DNA of 63,532 bases, counting the filler, from Folioceros fuciformis (lineage: Eukaryota): the NCBI GenBank assembly GCA_049999805.1. It is 6 parts of 5 records of this genome, joined end to end, with 100 filler letters (N's around TTAATTAATTAA, not from the genome) between each part and the next. Parts side by side here need not be neighbours in the genome. Positions count along the whole stretch, not along the records: positions 1 to 19,858 come from JBNGIO010006445.1; positions 19,959 to 41,124 come from JBNGIO010006445.1; 4 more parts are not named here. One strand, written 5' to 3'. Every line of letters begins with the position of its first letter. Within the stretch, counting starts at the first letter, position 1. This document shows, piece after piece, positions 13,055-24,091 of this stretch. The notes under the pieces were generated by a model, which searched no databases, had not been told where the DNA came from, and saw only the letters and a list, made by a program, of their open reading frames with translations. The position numbers and the translations under genes are program-made.

Positions 13055-14566
13055 ATGGCGGTCCGAACGATTGTGGAGTGGATTTTAGGAACCGGAAATG
13101 ACCGAATTCTGTTGGCCATTGCCCTGGCTGCCATTCTTGTTCTTGAGCAGGTGCGGTACGCAAGGAAAGGGAAGCATTTGCCTGGCCCTGCGTTTTTCTG
13201 GCCTTTCTTTGGAGGCGTCATTGCGATGGTGAACAATCCGACCGAGTTTTGGGAGGCGCAGGCCACCTCTGCCAGGAAGGTTGGACTGTCGTGGAACGTG
13301 CTGTTCGGGAGGTTCGTGTTGTTCATCAGGGATTCGGACTTGTCGCACAAGGTGTTTGCTAATGTCAAGCCGGAGTTCTTTCAGCTGGTTGGACATCCGT
13401 TTGGGAAGAAGATTTTCGGGGAGCGCAATCTGATTTTTATGTTTGGAGAGGAGCACAAGGACTTGAGACGGAGGCTGGCTCCCTTGTTCACTGTCAAGGC
13501 TCTGGGAGTTTACGTCTCCATACAGGAAGCCACGATCCGGCGGCACATTCACAAGTGGATACAGTCAGCCAAGGAAAGTGGGAGCGAGCCCGTGCAGCTG
13601 AGGTATCTATGTAGGGACTTGAATTTAGAAACGTCACAGAACGTTTTCGTGGGCCCTTACCTAACGCAGGAAGCCAGGGTGCAATTTTACAACGACTACT
13701 ACCTCTTCAACGTCGGCCTCATGAGTCTGCCTATCAATGTCCCCGGGTTCGCCTTCTACAAGGCGACTCATGCTGTGACTAGGCTGATCAACGCATTAGG
13801 GGATTGTGCCCGACAGAGCAAGCGGAGGATGAGCGAGGGCCAAGAACCAAGCTGTCTGATTGATTTTTGGATGGTGGAAACCGTTCGAGAAATCCGGGAA
13901 GCAGAGGCAGCAGGCCTGCCTCCACCTCCACATAGCTCCGATTCCGAGATAGGGCAGCACATATTCGACTTCCTATTCGCTGCGCAGGATGCATCCACCT
14001 CCTCGCTGGTGTGGGCCGCGACTCTGTTGGAATCTCACCCGGAGGTGCTGGCCAAGGTCAGGCAGGAGGTGAGCACTCAGGCATCAAGCCCTTGCTTCTC
14101 GCCTGAAAAGTTGCGCCAGCTCAAGTACACAGAGATGGTGGTGAAGGAGGTGCTGAGGTTTCGTCCCCCTGCCACCATGGTGCCTCATGTTGCCACTGCT
14201 CCCTTCCAGCTCACAGACACCTACACCGTCCCAAAGGGCACCATTGTCTTCCCTTCTCTCTTCGACTCCTCCTTCCAGGGCTTCACCAACCCTCACTCGT
14301 TCGACCCGGACAGGTTCTCTGCAGAAAGGCAGGAGGATGTTGTCTTCAAGAAGAACTGGCTCCTGTTTGGAGCAGGGCCTCACCAATGCATTGGACAGCG
14401 CTACGCCATCAACCACCTCATGCTCTTCACTGCTATCCTCTCGAGCAGTGTGGACTGGACCCGAGTGCGCACACCTGCCTGTGACGACCTCACCTACACA
14501 CCAACCATTGCTCCCAAGGACGGCGGTCTGATTTCTCTGGCTGAGCGTCGAGATGGGCATGAGTAG
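13055..14566 (+). CDS. CYP710A: Cytochrome P450 CYP710A, sterol C-22 desaturase (intronless CDS)
   Basis: Diagnostic FDFLFAAQDASTSS I-helix, EVLR (ExxR), FDPDRF and heme motif FGAGPHQCIG; N-terminal TM anchor. Alternative ATG at 13028. Confidence 0.96.
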   Translation: MAVRTIVEWILGTGNDRILLAIALAAILVLEQVRYARKGKHLPGPAFFWPFFGGVIAMVNNPTEFWEAQATSARKVGLSWNVLFGRFVLFIRDSDLSHKVFANVKPEFFQLVGHPFGKKIFGERNLIFMFGEEHKDLRRRLAPLFTVKALGVYVSIQEATIRRHIHKWIQSAKESGSEPVQLRYLCRDLNLETSQNVFVGPYLTQEARVQFYNDYYLFNVGLMSLPINVPGFAFYKATHAVTRLINALGDCARQSKRRMSEGQEPSCLIDFWMVETVREIREAEAAGLPPPPHSSDSEIGQHIFDFLFAAQDASTSSLVWAATLLESHPEVLAKVRQEVSTQASSPCFSPEKLRQLKYTEMVVKEVLRFRPPATMVPHVATAPFQLTDTYTVPKGTIVFPSLFDSSFQGFTNPHSFDPDRFSAERQEDVVFKKNWLLFGAGPHQCIGQRYAINHLMLFTAILSSSVDWTRVRTPACDDLTYTPTIAPKDGGLISLAERRDGHE

Positions 14567-15086
14567 ACGGGAAGAGGTCACATTGATCCTCTCGAGTCTG
14601 CACGTTGTAACTGTAGAGACCTAGGTTGTACTGGATTGAACCAGAGTGGGTCGATTTTTTGTATCCTACTTTTCCTCATAATCTGACTGTATTTTATGCC
14701 ATTGTCCACGGACTGCGGTTGGCCGGCCGTCCGTTGGTCGCTTGCACGTCGCGGAAGCGACATGGTACCCAACGTTTCCAGACCTAACGCTGCTCTGATA
14801 CAGGGCTGCAGCGAAAGCGAAGAAGATGGTTGCTCCAATTTTTCCACCCAACTCTACGAAAAGATGACATCTGGGAAAAATGAGCGATTCCGGAACCATA
14901 TTCGGGCCGCCTCTGACTGCCGCCGAATGTGCTATGATTCTCGCTAGGAGCAGGAATCTGGAGTGTTTTCAACATGTATCACTCACTTTGGCGGATGCCG
15001 GCTGCTGAGCTTTTCGCAAAAGCGGATGGCTAGGGGATTGATTGTGCCGTAGACGGTAGGGCTCGTCACGTGGAGTCCCTGCAGAG

Positions 15087-18000
15087 ATGGCGATGCGGGT
15101 GAGATGCAGCATCCCAGAAGCTCACACATTGCCCATTCTCTGTGTGGCTTTCAACAGTGACCGATGTGAGATATTCAGCGGCTCCGAGGACTGCCTCATT
15201 AAGGTGATGTAGTTACAAGTTTAACTACGTCCCTCAAAATGGAATTCCTTTGCCTCCAGAATGGAATCTCAGATACCGTTGGGCGTACTTTCTTGCGTAT
15301 CCAAGCATTGTTAGGGTTTAGCAGTCTGGTGGTCCCTTTTTGCTTTTGTACGGTACTGAGCTGGGTGAGGAGCTGGTGGCTCAGGTTTGGGATGTCGACA
15401 CTGGAAAGTACCAGAGGACCCTCCAAGGGCACCAGAACTGGGTGGTGGACATTGTGTATGCTGCCTCCGTGCAAATTCTCTTCTCCGGGTCTCTTGATGG
15501 CAACATTATCGTCTGGTCTGACAGGGGAAAAATACTCCAGGTACAAAGACAGAAGCTTCGGTGCAACCCAGTCAGTTTGAAAATGTGCTCTACAGATCCT
15601 TCAGCTGGCAATTCTGAAAACTTCGCAGTTGTCACTACTATCAGGTGCAAGAGTTTGGGGGCCCGGTGCACAGCTTGGCATTCGAAGCCAAGCGGAAAAT
15701 TCTCGTGGCGGGTGGTAGGGGAGTGGTGCAACTGCACCGGGTGTTGCGGTCATCTGCAAACTATGTTAAAAAGTCAGCAAGCTCGAAGGCAGCGACGAAT
15801 GGGCAGGTGATGGGAGATGCACCACAATGCTTGACATGCACGGCATCTTGGTTCTAGTTCTAATGCCCACCGTCTCTCTGCAGGCCAAGTTCCTGCAGCT
15901 GAGCTGCTATCTTTGCAATCATAAAGACGTTGTCCAGTCTATCAGCTGTGCAGAAAATGGACGCGTCTTCACCACAGGGTACCTATGCGTCACATTACGT
16001 ATTAGTTTGCATAGTTGATGCAGTGGTCCCACACTGAGCTATACTATGCAACGCTGTTGCAGTTACGACAAGAAAATCTGCTTCTTTGACAGTGAAAAGC
16101 CGCAAGAGACCTTGAAGGAGGTGAAGAGAAGCCACACTGTAAGCTTCAGCAGTGACCCCAGACTTGGACACTCATCTATGGTCCTGTGTAGGACTGCACA
16201 TCATAGGTGCAATTACCGCAGCAACTAGATGTAGTTGCATGTGCATGGGAACGTGACGTCAGCTTCTTCAGAATAAAGGCTCATCAATGTCTCGGCAGGT
16301 ATTATAAATGCATTTGCGGATCTCTGCAAGACGCATTTATGACAATATCTGTTTATGGTCATGAACAAACTCCTTGAATGCAGGGGGGAATTAGTGCCTC
16401 CGCCTATGATACAGACGGCAAGTGGTTGTTGACTGGCTGCTATGACGGAACTCTCAAAATCTGGAGTCATGAAGGCCACTGTCTGGACATCTTTCACAAA
16501 CTCAGTGACGGCATCACCTCGATTGCCTTTATCGCTGCAACACGTTGCTACTGGGTAACGTCCAAGTCGGGGTGAGTACCACGAATTTCCACTGAGTCAG
16601 TGCTAGACATTGCCTACCTTACTTCTTTCAGGTTTTGTTGCTTAAAACCTAAACATTATCGCCGTTGCCTTGCAGCAACGTTAACGTGATTGATCCCCTG
16701 GCACCTGCGAATGTAACAGAGTGGGTTATGGAAACAAGTTCCTTCCATCAGCTGGCTTTAAGCAAAGTGAGCAGCTAGCAAGCTTCATAGTCAGAACATC
16801 ATGCATATGATTATCCGTGATCACAGATATCTGATTATAGTGTCGTCTCGCAGGTGCACCCAGCTGTATCCAAGAATGTGGTGTTTGGCATCACCTATCA
16901 AAGGGAGATCATTGTGTGGAGATATAATCACTTTTCCACCCACAGACTAATGCGGGGCCATCATGACTGGGTGGAATCTATGGCCATTGCCACCAGACGA
17001 CCAGCCAAGGACCGTGTGCTAGGCGTAGCCGCCGCTCAGGGAGGCAGAGGTAGTCACATATCTCTCAAGGATCGCCTTGCTCAGCAGCGGCGTGAAGCTG
17101 ATTCCATTCGGAAAAAGAGCAGTTTAATGAGGCAGAAGCTATCAGCCGCGGCAGCTGACAATCCGGCTCTGGCTGCAATTCTTGGGCAAGCCAGCCAACG
17201 ACCCTCAACATCAGGTGGCTCGACAGCTCGACTGAGTAATTCAACAACTCCGAGGAGATCGGTTTCTGCGCAGGGCCCGAGGCAAAGTGGCGACCTGAAG
17301 CAGCAGAGTCCACGTCCACCAGCTGAGGGCACAACAAGGCAGATGGATGACAAAGGTATACCAGCATTTGCTAGATTCCTGCTTGCAATCCACCCGGCAC
17401 GGGATTGCTGCTAACCGTCCCCAGACAACCAGCCTGCATGATATGACTTGCTCCTCAAATGACTTTGTTTCAGCGGTCCTGACACCAACACCGGAGAAGA
17501 GGAGTCCCAGGTCCCGACTCAGTTTGCCCTCTCCGAGGTCCAGCATTGAAGCGCAGAAGCAAGCTGAAGCCCTCAAGAAATTGGCAACGAAGAGGGCCCC
17601 AAGCTTGGAGACGACAAGGCTGCTACCAGACGTTGAGATATACACTGGAGGCGCAGATGGGTCCATCTTGAAATGGATTCCCAACACTGACATCTGCAAG
17701 GACACGTGGACAATGCAAGAGTTTGCCCAGCACCGTAGCCGCAACACAGTCCTCTGCATGATTCATCATCCCACGTTGGATGTGATCATCACAGGTTAGC
17801 GTCTCCTCTTAAAGCTTGCAATGGTGCCGTGCATTTATCAGCCATTGCATCGCTGGATTTTATCGCTGGCATTCATAACTGCGTGCAAGGCTTCCACGTC
17901 TAGGAGCATACCAGTCTTTCAAGTAAGATACTCTCGGTTGGTGCAGGTGTGGCTTATTACCAGAGTCTGATGCTGTAGGATCCGAAGACGCTCTCCTCAG

Positions 18001-19300
18001 AATTTGGAATCTGGATGGTCATCCAGGTGGTGGCAGGTCAAGGGCAGAGGGTGGAACCAGCGGTCCTGATATTCTCCAGGGCCACAATGACAAAGTGACC
18101 GGCCTCGCTGCCTGCAGGAACATGGTAAGAATTTTCCTCTCCTCCTTTATCATTCGAGCCAGCAACTTCCCCTCACGTCTGGAATACGGGGGAGCAGGTC
18201 CTCATGTCAGTATCTTACGACCGGTGCCTGCGGTGGTGGGATCTGGTTACTCGGTTACCACTGGAAATCATCGACGAGGCAAACGACACTCCTGTTGAGG
18301 TTTGGCTTCAGCATCCGCACATCTTATGAGCTCCTTACCCACTCCGATTAGGATCTTCAACCTCGTTGACCCTTTGCAGCAACTAGAGTATAACCACGAT
18401 CGGGAAGAAGTGGCGCTGTGCGGGGGAGACGAGTATGTAAAAGTGTGGGAAGTGGTGCCACGCAAGCTGAGCTATGTATTGAAAGAATCTTCTGGGTGTG
18501 TCAAACACGTAAGTCACCACCTCCTATCTCTGCAGTGCTTTCTAATCAAACTATCTAGCCGCCTCAAAGCAGTCATACGATCTGTTCAGGTGCGATGGTG
18601 TTCCAGCTTCAGACGGTGGGTAACCGCGACGGACCACGGCACCATCTCCGTCTGGGATCCTAAAACCCAGGATCGGTTGTACACCAACTGCTACAAGAAT
18701 CAACCCCTCACCTCCTTGTTGGTGGACGAGATCAATCAGAGAATACTGGTGAGCTACACGTTTGATTTTGCTATCAGGGCCCACACCATGGACTTGAATG
18801 ACGAAGAAGTGTGCGCCTACACCGGCCACACAGACCAGGTTCACGCCATCTTACACCTCAGCACCAGAAATCAGTACGTGTCCGCATCCTGGGACAAGAC
18901 CGTCCGCGTCTGGTTAGCACCCGAGTCAGAGAGGAAACCAGATGTCCCTACAATACTGACAAAAGAGGCGCCCAAACCTAAACGTCCTGTCTGGGACGCA
19001 CCAGACAAAGAGGCCGAGGTCAAGTTCATGAGTGCCTACGAAAGGGCACACCCCCTTGGCATGCCAGCCATCCTGCAGAGGGCAATTCTGAAACGTAGGT
19101 CCGGAACAAAAGAGGCTCTGGGGCTGGGTGTAGTCAGCATGTTGGACACACTCACGCGGCCGAAGGGGATGATAACGCCCAGAGAAGAAGAACCTATCGG
19201 CGAGAAGACTGTTCTTCAATTGACCTTAATTGATCACCTGATTGAGTTGGAGAACGACCTTCAGCCGCCAGAACCTGCCTCGTACGGCATTACTTGGTGA
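15087..19300 (+). CDS. Large WD40-repeat protein of unknown function, multi-exon
   Basis: Many WD repeats across GT-AG exons ([77 protein letters not shown]). An S/R/P-rich insert lies at ~17000-17600. The start is inferred. Confidence 0.85.
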
Positions 19301-19469
19301 TTGTAAGGCAGGACCCGGAAATATGGACATGAATGAACTTTCCCAATCCTTCCCATTTGGTCATCTTCAATTCGCACAACCCATCGGTGACAAAATGACC
19401 CGAGGAGATAATTTAATTCATTGTGATCTGCCACATATCCGAGAGGACAAAACTGAAAGCAGAATATCA

Positions 19470-22286
19470 TTACGATTCCTCCTTCCTTCTCTTCACATTC
19501 AAGGTTTGCCCAGATTGTGCTAACCGTTTTCCAAGTTTACCTCTCACTGTTAACTTGTGAGGCAGTCCCTCATCAATTGGCCCCTCGTCATCAGGCTTGA
19601 CAACCGAGACGGCCGTCTTTCTGCGCTTGCGAATCCTGCCTGTTGCTCTGACATCACCCGTAGTTCCCTGCTCGACTCGAGCACGCTCTTCGTTTTCCCC
19701 TTCGTTTTCCTTCGTACCCAACCCCATTTCTACATGAACATTCTTGAGCAAGTCCTCCCAAGTGATGTTCTCATCATCTGCAATTCCACCACCTGCTGCA
19801 TCTGTAACACCCCTTTTCGTTTCACCGTCCGCCTCTCGTACCTCAGAGGTTTCTACTTNNNNNNNNNNNNNNNNNNNNNNNNNNNNNNNNNNNNNNNNNN
19901 NNTTAATTAATTAANNNNNNNNNNNNNNNNNNNNNNNNNNNNNNNNNNNNNNNNNNNNTTCCCCACGGGGAGGAGGGATGAAGAAAGGGATCCTGCCCCT
20001 TTGCCAGTCGAAAAGCACCATCTTGGCTGCTGTGTTGAGATCTGGTTCTCCCCCCTGCATGGACAAAATGTCTCTGGCTGAGAGTCTTCAAAGGGAACCT
20101 CCTCCCCCTCTCAGATGCAAGACCCGAGAACTATTGCAATATTCCACAGAAACATACCCTCAACAGCTTCCCACATTGGCGACACAGCTGAGTAAGAAAA
20201 TCTTCATCGTCCTCCCTGGCAAAGTGCAGACCAATTGAGATTGCCGCTCTACAGCAGCAGCATGGCAAGCAGTTGTGGCAAGAAGTGCAGAAAAATACCA
20301 CTCCTTTATCTTGTATGCGCGTATGAGATACTCTTTCTTCACTCGGCGTAAAACTTCACCAATATGTCCTGTTGCATCCTCCAGATTTCCCACTCGTACC
20401 TGCAACAAAAAATTTATGTTGATCTTCAAGTTGTATGCTCTACCAACGGACTGAGAAAGCAGTTCACAAAAAGTTGTGACCACATACCACCCCTTTGAGA
20501 ACAACATCAGTTTCACTGTCATGACTCCTATAAACCACACCAGGGCAGTCAATGAGGAATATGCGCTTCGTCAGGGTGATATACTGCCAAACTTTTGTCT
20601 CTCCCGGTATTGGTGCCACCTTACATACCTGCAAGAACCAACCATGCTGGAGCATGAGGCTACAAGTAATGCGTACGATGTAACAGAAATGCACCCTTGC
20701 ATATCCCAATTATTTAGTACACTCCAAGCCTCTCGTCCTCCCTTCACTTGATGCACCCACTTTTTTGGTTCGAAGCGTGTTGATAACGGATGACTTGCCA
20801 ACATTGGGGTAGCCAACAAAACCAACTGAGATAGCTTGCTTGTCACTCTTAAGGCGGGCATACTGTCTTAAAAGACCAAGAAGTGAACCCTGCATCAAAC
20901 AGCAAGCAGCCAGAATCAAGTACTGAATCTATCCTACACACCAATGAGCAAGGCAGAAAGCCGAAATCAAGAGAATATTACCTTCCCAAATGGATTGGTT
21001 ACACTGGCATGGAAAGCCAAGGTGGGAAACTCCCTGGATAGCGTATGTAGCCACCCTTTTGTGGCCCAAGATGGCACCAAATCACACTGCAAAACAAAAT
21101 TAATATATTGAGACGTAGCTTGCACACTGTGATAACCAGGGAGATCATGACCTACTGAGTGAGCAATGGCACAACATACCTTGTTCAGCAAGAAAATCAG
21201 GTGCTTTTGCTTGCAATTGTCTCGGATGTGCTTTTCCAGATGGGGGCAGCGAGTGCCCTGTGGATCCCGTGCATCAAGTACCTGTTCCAAAAGCAAAAAA
21301 GGTCAGTGCATACGATTCGGAATTTCTGCGACCATTCATACATCCAAATGACTGAGACCCAACAATATATAGCTCTCACCTGAACCACCACGTCCGAGGA
21401 ATCAATCACCTTGTACAGCTCCCCCCAGATACGCTTGCTCTGCCCCTTATCAAACATGCTGTGTCTGGCTGCAACACGTGCACCGTCTTCGAGCATCGGT
21501 CCTTCCCCAGAGCTTTTAACCTCAAAAGTGTCTGCCAATATCCCGCAGTCAACGAGAAAGCCGCGATCCAGGACCTCTCAGTCAGCTCATGCGGAACATC
21601 ACACCACACTGGAGCGACTAAACTCACTAACCTTGCACACCAGCAGCTCTTTCTACTAAACTAGAATAGTCTTCTGCAGGTAGCATTGGTCGTCTACGTT
21701 TCCTCTTTGGCCCAAAAGCAGCATCAAACGGTACAAGATCTAAAACACCCCCCTTCCTTCCAGGTGGCTGGAGCATACAACAAAGAATTCAGAACAATCC
21801 AGAAACCATTGTCTACCACGGAAACAAACTGACACGAAACATGATTCAACCTTTTTGTTGTCATTTAGCAGGGCAAGCGGTAGCCTCTTCTCTTTCAACA
21901 CCACAGCATAAGGATTTGCCACCGTAGTCCGCATCTCCTCTCTGAACCTGTCCAGCTCTTTCTGCCCCACAACCCTTGTGTTTCCTGCAGGCCATCCAGC
22001 CATCCTTGAGCAGGCTGCCAGGCAAAAAAATCCAATCCATCCAAATCGAAAGCCTACCAAACCAGCGTCTGTCAGGCTGAATCCTGGTGGACGGCAGAGA
22101 TTGCGACTGCAGTTCGTGGTGCTTAATGCGCCCTTTGCTGTCCCGCACAGGCCGCTTCTTGTACATGTTGAGCCGGCGCACAGTTGCCGAGCTCCTGGTC
22201 CCGCTCTTGCCATCTCTGCGCTGCTCATCGAGGGAGTGCTTCGGCTTCCCTTTCACCGCTGGAGACTTGGTTTTCTGCTTCCCCAT
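19470..22286 (-). CDS. NUG2: Nucleolar GTP-binding protein 2 (NOG2/GNL2/NUG2), multi-exon, interrupted by an assembly gap
   Basis: NGP1NT motifs ([23 protein letters not shown]), [19 protein letters not shown]1 [10 protein letters not shown]3 LIDCPG. An acidic C-terminal part ([11 protein letters not shown]) lies left of the gap at 19859-19958; that assignment is inferred. Confidence 0.93.
19859..19958. other. Assembly gap with artificial TTAATTAATTAA linker (also 41125-41224, 44250-44349, 47042-47141, 57694-57793; plain 100-N gap at 43326-43425)
   Basis: Identical N44-TTAATTAATTAA-N44 structure, which places stops in all six frames. Confidence 0.98.
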
Positions 22287-22349
22287 GTCGCCAGTCCAAC
22301 TTCCTTCCCAACTGCATGAAACACTCCTCAGACTACTTCAAACAGCTAT

Positions 22350-22358
22350 AAACCCTAA
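22350..22358 (+). promoter_or_regulatory. Telo-box (AAACCCTAA) in the short divergent NUG2 / F-box intergenic region
   Basis: Exact AAACCCTAA about 65 bp upstream of the NUG2 ATG. Telo-boxes are enriched at plant ribosome-biogenesis genes. Confidence 0.55.
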
Positions 22359-22469
22359 TCTACCCTAAATGTTAAATAGGTTCCGAACGTATCTTGTTTA
22401 CCCCGTTTGAGGAAACTTGCTCGCCGTTGCCTGAAGAGGACTAATCCTCCCGAGGAGAGAAGCGGTGGC

Positions 22470-23324
22470 ATGGAAATGATTCGGACGACGCACGCGGCTG
22501 GCCCGGAGCACCATGGATGCGATCACGACGGTGTTTTTGCGGCGCTCCCGTTCGATTTGTTGAAGATCATAGTGGGGACGTTCGCTTGGCCGGACCTGTG
22601 GTCGGCGAGCACAGTATGCAAGGCATGGTACCAGGGGCTGGCTCCCCTGCGGGAGGGGATGATGCTGGTGCAGTGGGGGAAGAAGTTCAAGCACGGAAAG
22701 GGCGGCGTGGCACAGAATTTGGATAAAGCGCTGGAGATCTTCCTCGAGGGAGCCCAGAGGGGATGCCCCGCGGCCATGGTGAACGCGGGGCTCATGCTGT
22801 GGGAACTCGAGAAGTACGATGAAGCACTTCGGTTGTACACGCAGGCGGCGAGGCTGGACGATCCGGAGGGCCTGTGCAATCTCGGCCTGGCTTACCTGGA
22901 CCGCGATAAGCAGTCGGAGGCGGTGGAATTGCTCGACCGGGCCGCGGTTGCCGGGAATGTGCGCGCGCAGTACAACCTCGCGGTGTGCTACCAGCAGGGA
23001 CGAGGCTGCGCTGCGAGCCAGGCAATGGCGGCCGATTTGTTTGGCCGGGCTGCCAAGCGAGGATGCTCCCGGGCCATGTACAACTTGGCGCTGTGTTTCC
23101 GGGACGGGCTAGGCGTGCCTTCCAACAATCAGGAGATGAGAAGGTGGATGGAAGCGGCCGCCAGAGCTGGCCATGCCCGGGCGCAGTGCGAGCACGGCCT
23201 CGCGTTGCTTGCAGACGGAATAAGAGTGCCGGCTCTTGCCTTCTTGGAGATGGCCACCCGCGCCGGAGAATCTTCTGCGACGCACTTTCGGAACATGCTT
23301 CTTCGTCGGCTCGGTCTCGAGTAG
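22470..23324 (+). CDS. F-box protein with Sel1-like repeats (At1g70590-like), intronless
   Basis: F-box FAALPFDLL..DLWSASTVCKAW, followed by WGKKFKHGKGGV and Sel1 repeats (AQYNLAVCYQQGRG, AMYNLALCFRDGLGV, AARAGHARAQCEHG). Confidence 0.9.
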   Translation: MEMIRTTHAAGPEHHGCDHDGVFAALPFDLLKIIVGTFAWPDLWSASTVCKAWYQGLAPLREGMMLVQWGKKFKHGKGGVAQNLDKALEIFLEGAQRGCPAAMVNAGLMLWELEKYDEALRLYTQAARLDDPEGLCNLGLAYLDRDKQSEAVELLDRAAVAGNVRAQYNLAVCYQQGRGCAASQAMAADLFGRAAKRGCSRAMYNLALCFRDGLGVPSNNQEMRRWMEAAARAGHARAQCEHGLALLADGIRVPALAFLEMATRAGESSATHFRNMLLRRLGLE

Positions 23325-23416
23325 TGCACCATAGCTTAAACGTGCCGCAGTATCGCGGGGTAGAATACTCATCAAGGTATAGACACGCCTTTCGTGAGGG
23401 AACAATTTCTCGCACC

Positions 23417-23556
23417 AACTGGTCTGGTCTTAGCATGTGAATACGTTTTCCTTCTAACTGGTCTGGTCTCCGCATCTGAATACATTTCCGACAAACTGGT
23501 CTGGTCTCAGCATGTTAATACATTTCCCACATACTGGTTTGGTTACAGTATGTTAA
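23417..23556. repeat. Minisatellite, ~38-39 bp unit x4 (core AACTGGTCTGGTCT..GCATGT.AATAC)
   Basis: Three good copies and one degenerate copy in direct tandem, downstream of the F-box gene. Confidence 0.8.
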
Positions 23557-24091
23557 AAAGAACCGGTCGCTAAAATAACCCCAAGTTAACGACGAAGCTT
23601 TCAGGGTTAGATTGTTAGGATAAAACAGAACTAAGGATATGTGCTCTGAAATCATTGGGCCCAAGTGTGGGTGGGGACTCGTCATAAGACACCGTCATTG
23701 TCAGGGACTGGACTTTACGGATGGATGAATGTGCTATTGGGAAGAAAGTTCTAACACATCTCGAATGCGGGTATCCGTGAGGGGTGAAGGCCGGCTGGCA
23801 TACACAGAGCTTTCCTTCACCGACAGAATGGCAATGTAGACATGCCTCATGGAGGCAGAGCGTAAATAAATATCCACGGCCTACCCACGGGCTCGCCGTG
23901 ATGACTGACTCCCGTACCACATGCGGGATTGACGGGACGAGAGGCGGAAAACAAAAACCCCACCTATAGTTGTCCATATTGGAACCCCGTCACGAATTGG
24001 AACCCTTCGAGCCAGTCGACGCAACCCGTTGCCCCGCATACAGAGACGTGATCCAGGATTGCAAGATGGGAAGGTTGCCTTAATAAATTGC

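Noticed and set aside
19903-19914. Recurrent TTAATTAATTAA palindrome
   Set aside because: Always centred within N runs; an artificial scaffolding linker.
23417-23556. CRISPR-like look of the 38-39 bp repeats
   Set aside because: Units are similar along their whole length with no unique spacers, there are no cas genes, and the context is eukaryotic.
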